Assembly: GCF_000260965.1 (NCBI RefSeq)
Contig: NC_017856.1
Span: 1,830,001-1,862,000 of the forward strand
Length of the DNA stretch: 32,000 bases
Origin: Methylophaga frappieri
GTDB lineage: Bacteria; Pseudomonadota; Gammaproteobacteria; Nitrosococcales; Methylophagaceae
Direction: 5' to 3'
This document shows positions 28,999 through 32,000 of this stretch, one piece after another; position 1 is the stretch's first letter; each line of letters opens with the position of its first letter. The position numbers and the translations under genes are program-made. The notes below the pieces were generated by a model. That model did not search any database and had not been told where the DNA came from. It worked only from the letters and a program-made list of their open reading frames with translations.

Positions 28999-30162
28999 TT
29001 ATAAACCAAGTGCCTTGCTAAGAGCTATCGCAAGCAGCGGTATTAAAAAGAATACGCAACCGATATACAAGGCTACGTAAAGTTTTTTCTTGACCGCCAA
29101 TGTTGATAACCACTGTGCAGAGCGAATCGGGATTTCACGCAGAAATGGAATGCCATAAATGATAACCACACCTAAAACATTATAAACAAGGTGAATTAAG
29201 GCAATCTGCAAGGCAAAAATCGCATTCGCACCGGTCACGGCCGTTGCCGCGAGCAGTGCGGTGATACAGGTACCAATATTGGCGCCCAGTGTGAAAGGGT
29301 AAACCTGGCGCAGAGAAAACACGCCACTCCCTGCCAGTGGTACGACCAAGCTTGTCGTTGTTGAAGATGATTGCACCAGAACTGTAATCAAGGTCCCCGA
29401 GGTGATACCCGATACCGGACCACGGCCAACGGCGCTGTGCAGAATTTCTTTGGCACGGCCAACCATCAGAACTTTAAGCAGTTTTCCAATAAATGTGATC
29501 ACGAAAAAAATCAAGGCAATACCAAAAATAATCAGTAAGGTCCCTGCAACTTGTTCGGATAAACCTATGCCACCAAAAGTATCCTGCATGAATGTGATAG
29601 GGGGTTTAACCAGCGGCTTGATAAAGTCAAACCCCTTCATCGACATCGAATCACCGCCGATCAGAAAACTCGATAACCAGGCGCCGGTTTTCTGCAGAAA
29701 GCCGAACATGATTTCCAGCGGCAAAAATATCAGTACGCTGAAGAGATTGAAAAAATCATGTATGGTTGCTGCCGCAAATGCCCGTTTAAATTCTTCACCT
29801 CGTCTAACATGACCAAGGCTGACAATAGTATTGGTAATGGTAGTGCCGATATTGGCGCCCATGACCATCGGAATGGCAATGCCAACAGGTAACCCGCCGG
29901 CAACCAGACCGACAATAATAGATGTTACCGTGCTGGATGACTGGATTAGCGCTGTTGCGACCATTCCGATCACTAATGCAGTAACAGGATTACTGGCGAA
30001 AGCGAATAACTCTTTGGCCTGATCACCGGTCGCGGCTTTAAACCCACCCCCAATCATGCCAACCGCAACCAGCAATAAATAAATTAAAAATGCGATAAAG
30101 AACCACTGATACCAGTTGGATGATCCCACCTGGCCGTGTTCATGGGATGCAACAGTAACCAT
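28999..30162 (-). CDS. Na/Pi-cotransporter-family (PF02690-type) membrane protein lacking a PhoU-like tail
   Basis: 387 aa. It has the duplicated signature of type II Na/Pi cotransporters: LIQSSSTVTSIIVGL...GANIGTTITN and LVQSSSTTTSLVVPL...GANIGTCITA. A G-rich SD lies upstream of the ATG. Confidence 0.9.
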   Translation of the reverse strand: MVTVASHEHGQVGSSNWYQWFFIAFLIYLLLVAVGMIGGGFKAATGDQAKELFAFASNPVTALVIGMVATALIQSSSTVTSIIVGLVAGGLPVGIAIPMVMGANIGTTITNTIVSLGHVRRGEEFKRAFAAATIHDFFNLFSVLIFLPLEIMFGFLQKTGAWLSSFLIGGDSMSMKGFDFIKPLVKPPITFMQDTFGGIGLSEQVAGTLLIIFGIALIFFVITFIGKLLKVLMVGRAKEILHSAVGRGPVSGITSGTLITVLVQSSSTTTSLVVPLAGSGVFSLRQVYPFTLGANIGTCITALLAATAVTGANAIFALQIALIHLVYNVLGVVIIYGIPFLREIPIRSAQWLSTLAVKKKLYVALYIGCVFFLIPLLAIALSKALGL

Positions 30163-30425
30163 GAATTCCCCCCGTTAGAGTTTATGTCGTTAACGAAAGA
30201 AACGTTCAGGTTCGTTACTCAAGCGACGTTTCAATGCGCTGAATCACACTACCAACCGAATATGTCAGATTGATGACGATTGCCTTGCCTTTGCGAGTAC
30301 CTGAACAACTCGTTACGGCATAAATGTCGTACCGCGATCAGCACGGGTTCAAAACACGGAATAAAGCAAAAGATGCAACTGAACTGCCGGATAGTCCGGA
30401 GAAAACTCCCAGTGACGATACGGGA

Positions 30426-30500
30426 ATTGTAAAAATGGCTGCAAGCTTTGATACGGTTAGATTTTTCTCAAGTGCCTTCAGAAACAGGGCCCACATTTCA
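30426..30500 (-). promoter_or_regulatory. Conserved 75-bp promoter/operator module, copy B (upstream of the Na/Pi operon)
   Basis: This is the partner of 27370-27444 (62/75 identical, no gaps). Read on the minus strand it ends in TACAAT (30431-30426), about 255 nt upstream of the transporter start. Confidence 0.55.
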
Positions 30501-30605
30501 CCAGTTTCACTCGAAACGTGGTAAGCAATAACAGACAAAAATGCTCGTAATAGCTAGCCGTTGAATGGGGTTAGATGAGTTTTGAGGAATTCTCAGGAAG
30601 TGACT

Positions 30606-31964
30606 TTATTTACCGATACAGAAACTGGCAAAGATTCGATCTAGTAGATCTTCATTGGTGAATGTGCCTGTGATTTCGCCAAGTGCTTGTTGTGCCTGAC
30701 GTAACTCCTCGGCCAACAACTCGCCCGCACCCATCCCCGTCAGACAGGCATAACCTGCCTCGATTGCCTGCTGGGCACGGTGAAGCGCATCCAGGTGGCG
30801 ACGACGAGCAATGAAAATGCCTTGTTCATCTGGGTGAAAGCCAACCGCCGTTTGCAGATGCTGCGTCAATAACTCAATTCCGGCTCCTGTCTTGGCAGAT
30901 AGATAGATTATGGTCTTATCTTTATCCTGAATTCGTTCAGGCGCATGACCACTTTGATCGATTTTATTACGGATAATCGTCAACGGCTTATCGGCGGGCA
31001 AATCAGCCAGTATGGCCTCGTCTTTAGCCGTCATGCCCTCAGCATCATTCACCATCAGCAAAATATGGTCTGCTTGGGCGAGTTCGTGCCGTGTTCGACG
31101 GATACCTTCCAATTCAACGGCATTGTCTGTTGCATCATGCAGACCTGCCGTATCAGAGATACGTAATGGCAGACCGCCAAGGTGAATTTGTTCGCGAAGA
31201 ACATCTCGTGTTGTACCGGCAATATCCGTGACGATTGCGGCATCATGTCCGGCCAGCTGATTGTGCAAACTGGATTTACCGGCATTTGGTTGCCCAGCCA
31301 ACACGACACTGATGCCTTCACGCAGCAAGCGGCCTTGACGGGCACTATCTTGAATACCATTCAAGGTTGTCAGTAACGCTTGTAGTTGTTTGTCTACTTG
31401 GGCTTCCCCGAGAAAGTCGATTTCCTCATCCGCAAAATCAATCGATGCCTCAACAAACATCCGAAGATGGGTAAGCTCGGTTAAAAAATCATTAATTCGC
31501 TTGGAAAACGCGCCTTGAAGTGAGCGCATTGCGCTACGCGCGGCTTGTTCGGTAGCGCTCTCAATCAGATCGGCAACCGCTTCTGCCTGAGCGAGGTCCA
31601 TTTTGCCATTGAGAAAGGCACGTTCAGAAAACTCACCAGGCCGGGCCATTCTTGCGCCATGATGAATTGCCGTCTGACATAACTTGTCGAGTACGACTGG
31701 GCTACCATGTCCTTGTAATTCAACGACATCTTCACCGGTAAATGAGGCGGGCGCCTTAAAATGTATGACTACCCCGCTATCCAGAACTACATCATCTGTT
31801 CCGGTAAATGAGGCAAATTTTGCATATCTGGCTGGGCCTAATCGACCAGCGATTTTTTCAGCGATGACGACAGCCTGATTGCCAGATAATCGCACAATAC
31901 CGACACCACCTCGACCTGGCGCCGTGGCAATGGCGACGATGGTGTCGGTTTGGATTAATGCCAT
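30606..31964 (-). CDS. mnmE: tRNA modification GTPase MnmE (TrmE)
   Basis: 452 aa. N-terminus DTIVAIATAPGRGGVGIVRLSG, G1 motif GQPNAGKSSL, G3 motif DTAG, G4 motif NKID, and the diagnostic C-terminal CIGK. Confidence 0.97.
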   Translation of the reverse strand: MALIQTDTIVAIATAPGRGGVGIVRLSGNQAVVIAEKIAGRLGPARYAKFASFTGTDDVVLDSGVVIHFKAPASFTGEDVVELQGHGSPVVLDKLCQTAIHHGARMARPGEFSERAFLNGKMDLAQAEAVADLIESATEQAARSAMRSLQGAFSKRINDFLTELTHLRMFVEASIDFADEEIDFLGEAQVDKQLQALLTTLNGIQDSARQGRLLREGISVVLAGQPNAGKSSLHNQLAGHDAAIVTDIAGTTRDVLREQIHLGGLPLRISDTAGLHDATDNAVELEGIRRTRHELAQADHILLMVNDAEGMTAKDEAILADLPADKPLTIIRNKIDQSGHAPERIQDKDKTIIYLSAKTGAGIELLTQHLQTAVGFHPDEQGIFIARRRHLDALHRAQQAIEAGYACLTGMGAGELLAEELRQAQQALGEITGTFTNEDLLDRIFASFCIGK

Positions 31965-32000
31965 ACGCTTTGCCGTCTACAACGCATCCATTTGACGGGT

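Noticed and set aside
31965-32000. A possible 3' end of an upstream minus-strand gene. yidC usually precedes mnmE.
   Set aside because: Only 36 nt are visible. One frame ends in TAG 13 nt before the mnmE ATG, but the few residues are not diagnostic, so no feature was called.

Overview
The gene order looks gammaproteobacterial, and GC looks intermediate by eye (not computed). I recognised no rRNA, tRNA, CRISPR array, transposase or integrase, and no clear novel multi-gene system such as a defence island.

**Bases 1-10,100:** a tightly packed plus-strand housekeeping block. It runs dsbD (5'-truncated by the window), aroQ-accB-accC, prmA, dusB-fis, purH, argC, a membrane-anchored coiled-coil protein coupled to a bactofilin, then erpA.

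**Bases 10,200-23,900:** accessory-looking but conventional.
- A DUF2254-type membrane protein.
- A siderophore-uptake cluster fronted by a Fur box: AraC regulator, TonB-dependent receptor, RhtX/FptX-type MFS permease and a beta-lactamase-fold serine hydrolase.
- A TetR repressor with a perfect 22-bp palindromic operator, followed by a tripartite RND efflux operon and a 60-aa PLDc_N membrane mini-protein.

**Bases 24,000-32,000:** a BCCT transporter, a convergent porin gene, a decayed second copy of the BCCT 3' end, and a minus-strand operon (Na/Pi-cotransporter-family protein, 82-aa coiled-coil protein, PepSY-like secreted protein), then mnmE.

**Most unusual signals:**
- A gapless 75-bp element, 62/75 identical, lies upstream of both the porin gene and the Na/Pi operon. 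Each copy ends in a -10-like hexamer.
- The BCCT 3' end is duplicated in direct orientation about 2 kb apart (125/143 identical in the core). The two copies bracket the porin cassette, which points to a past recombination or insertion event.

All functional statements are inferred from motifs and gene context only.
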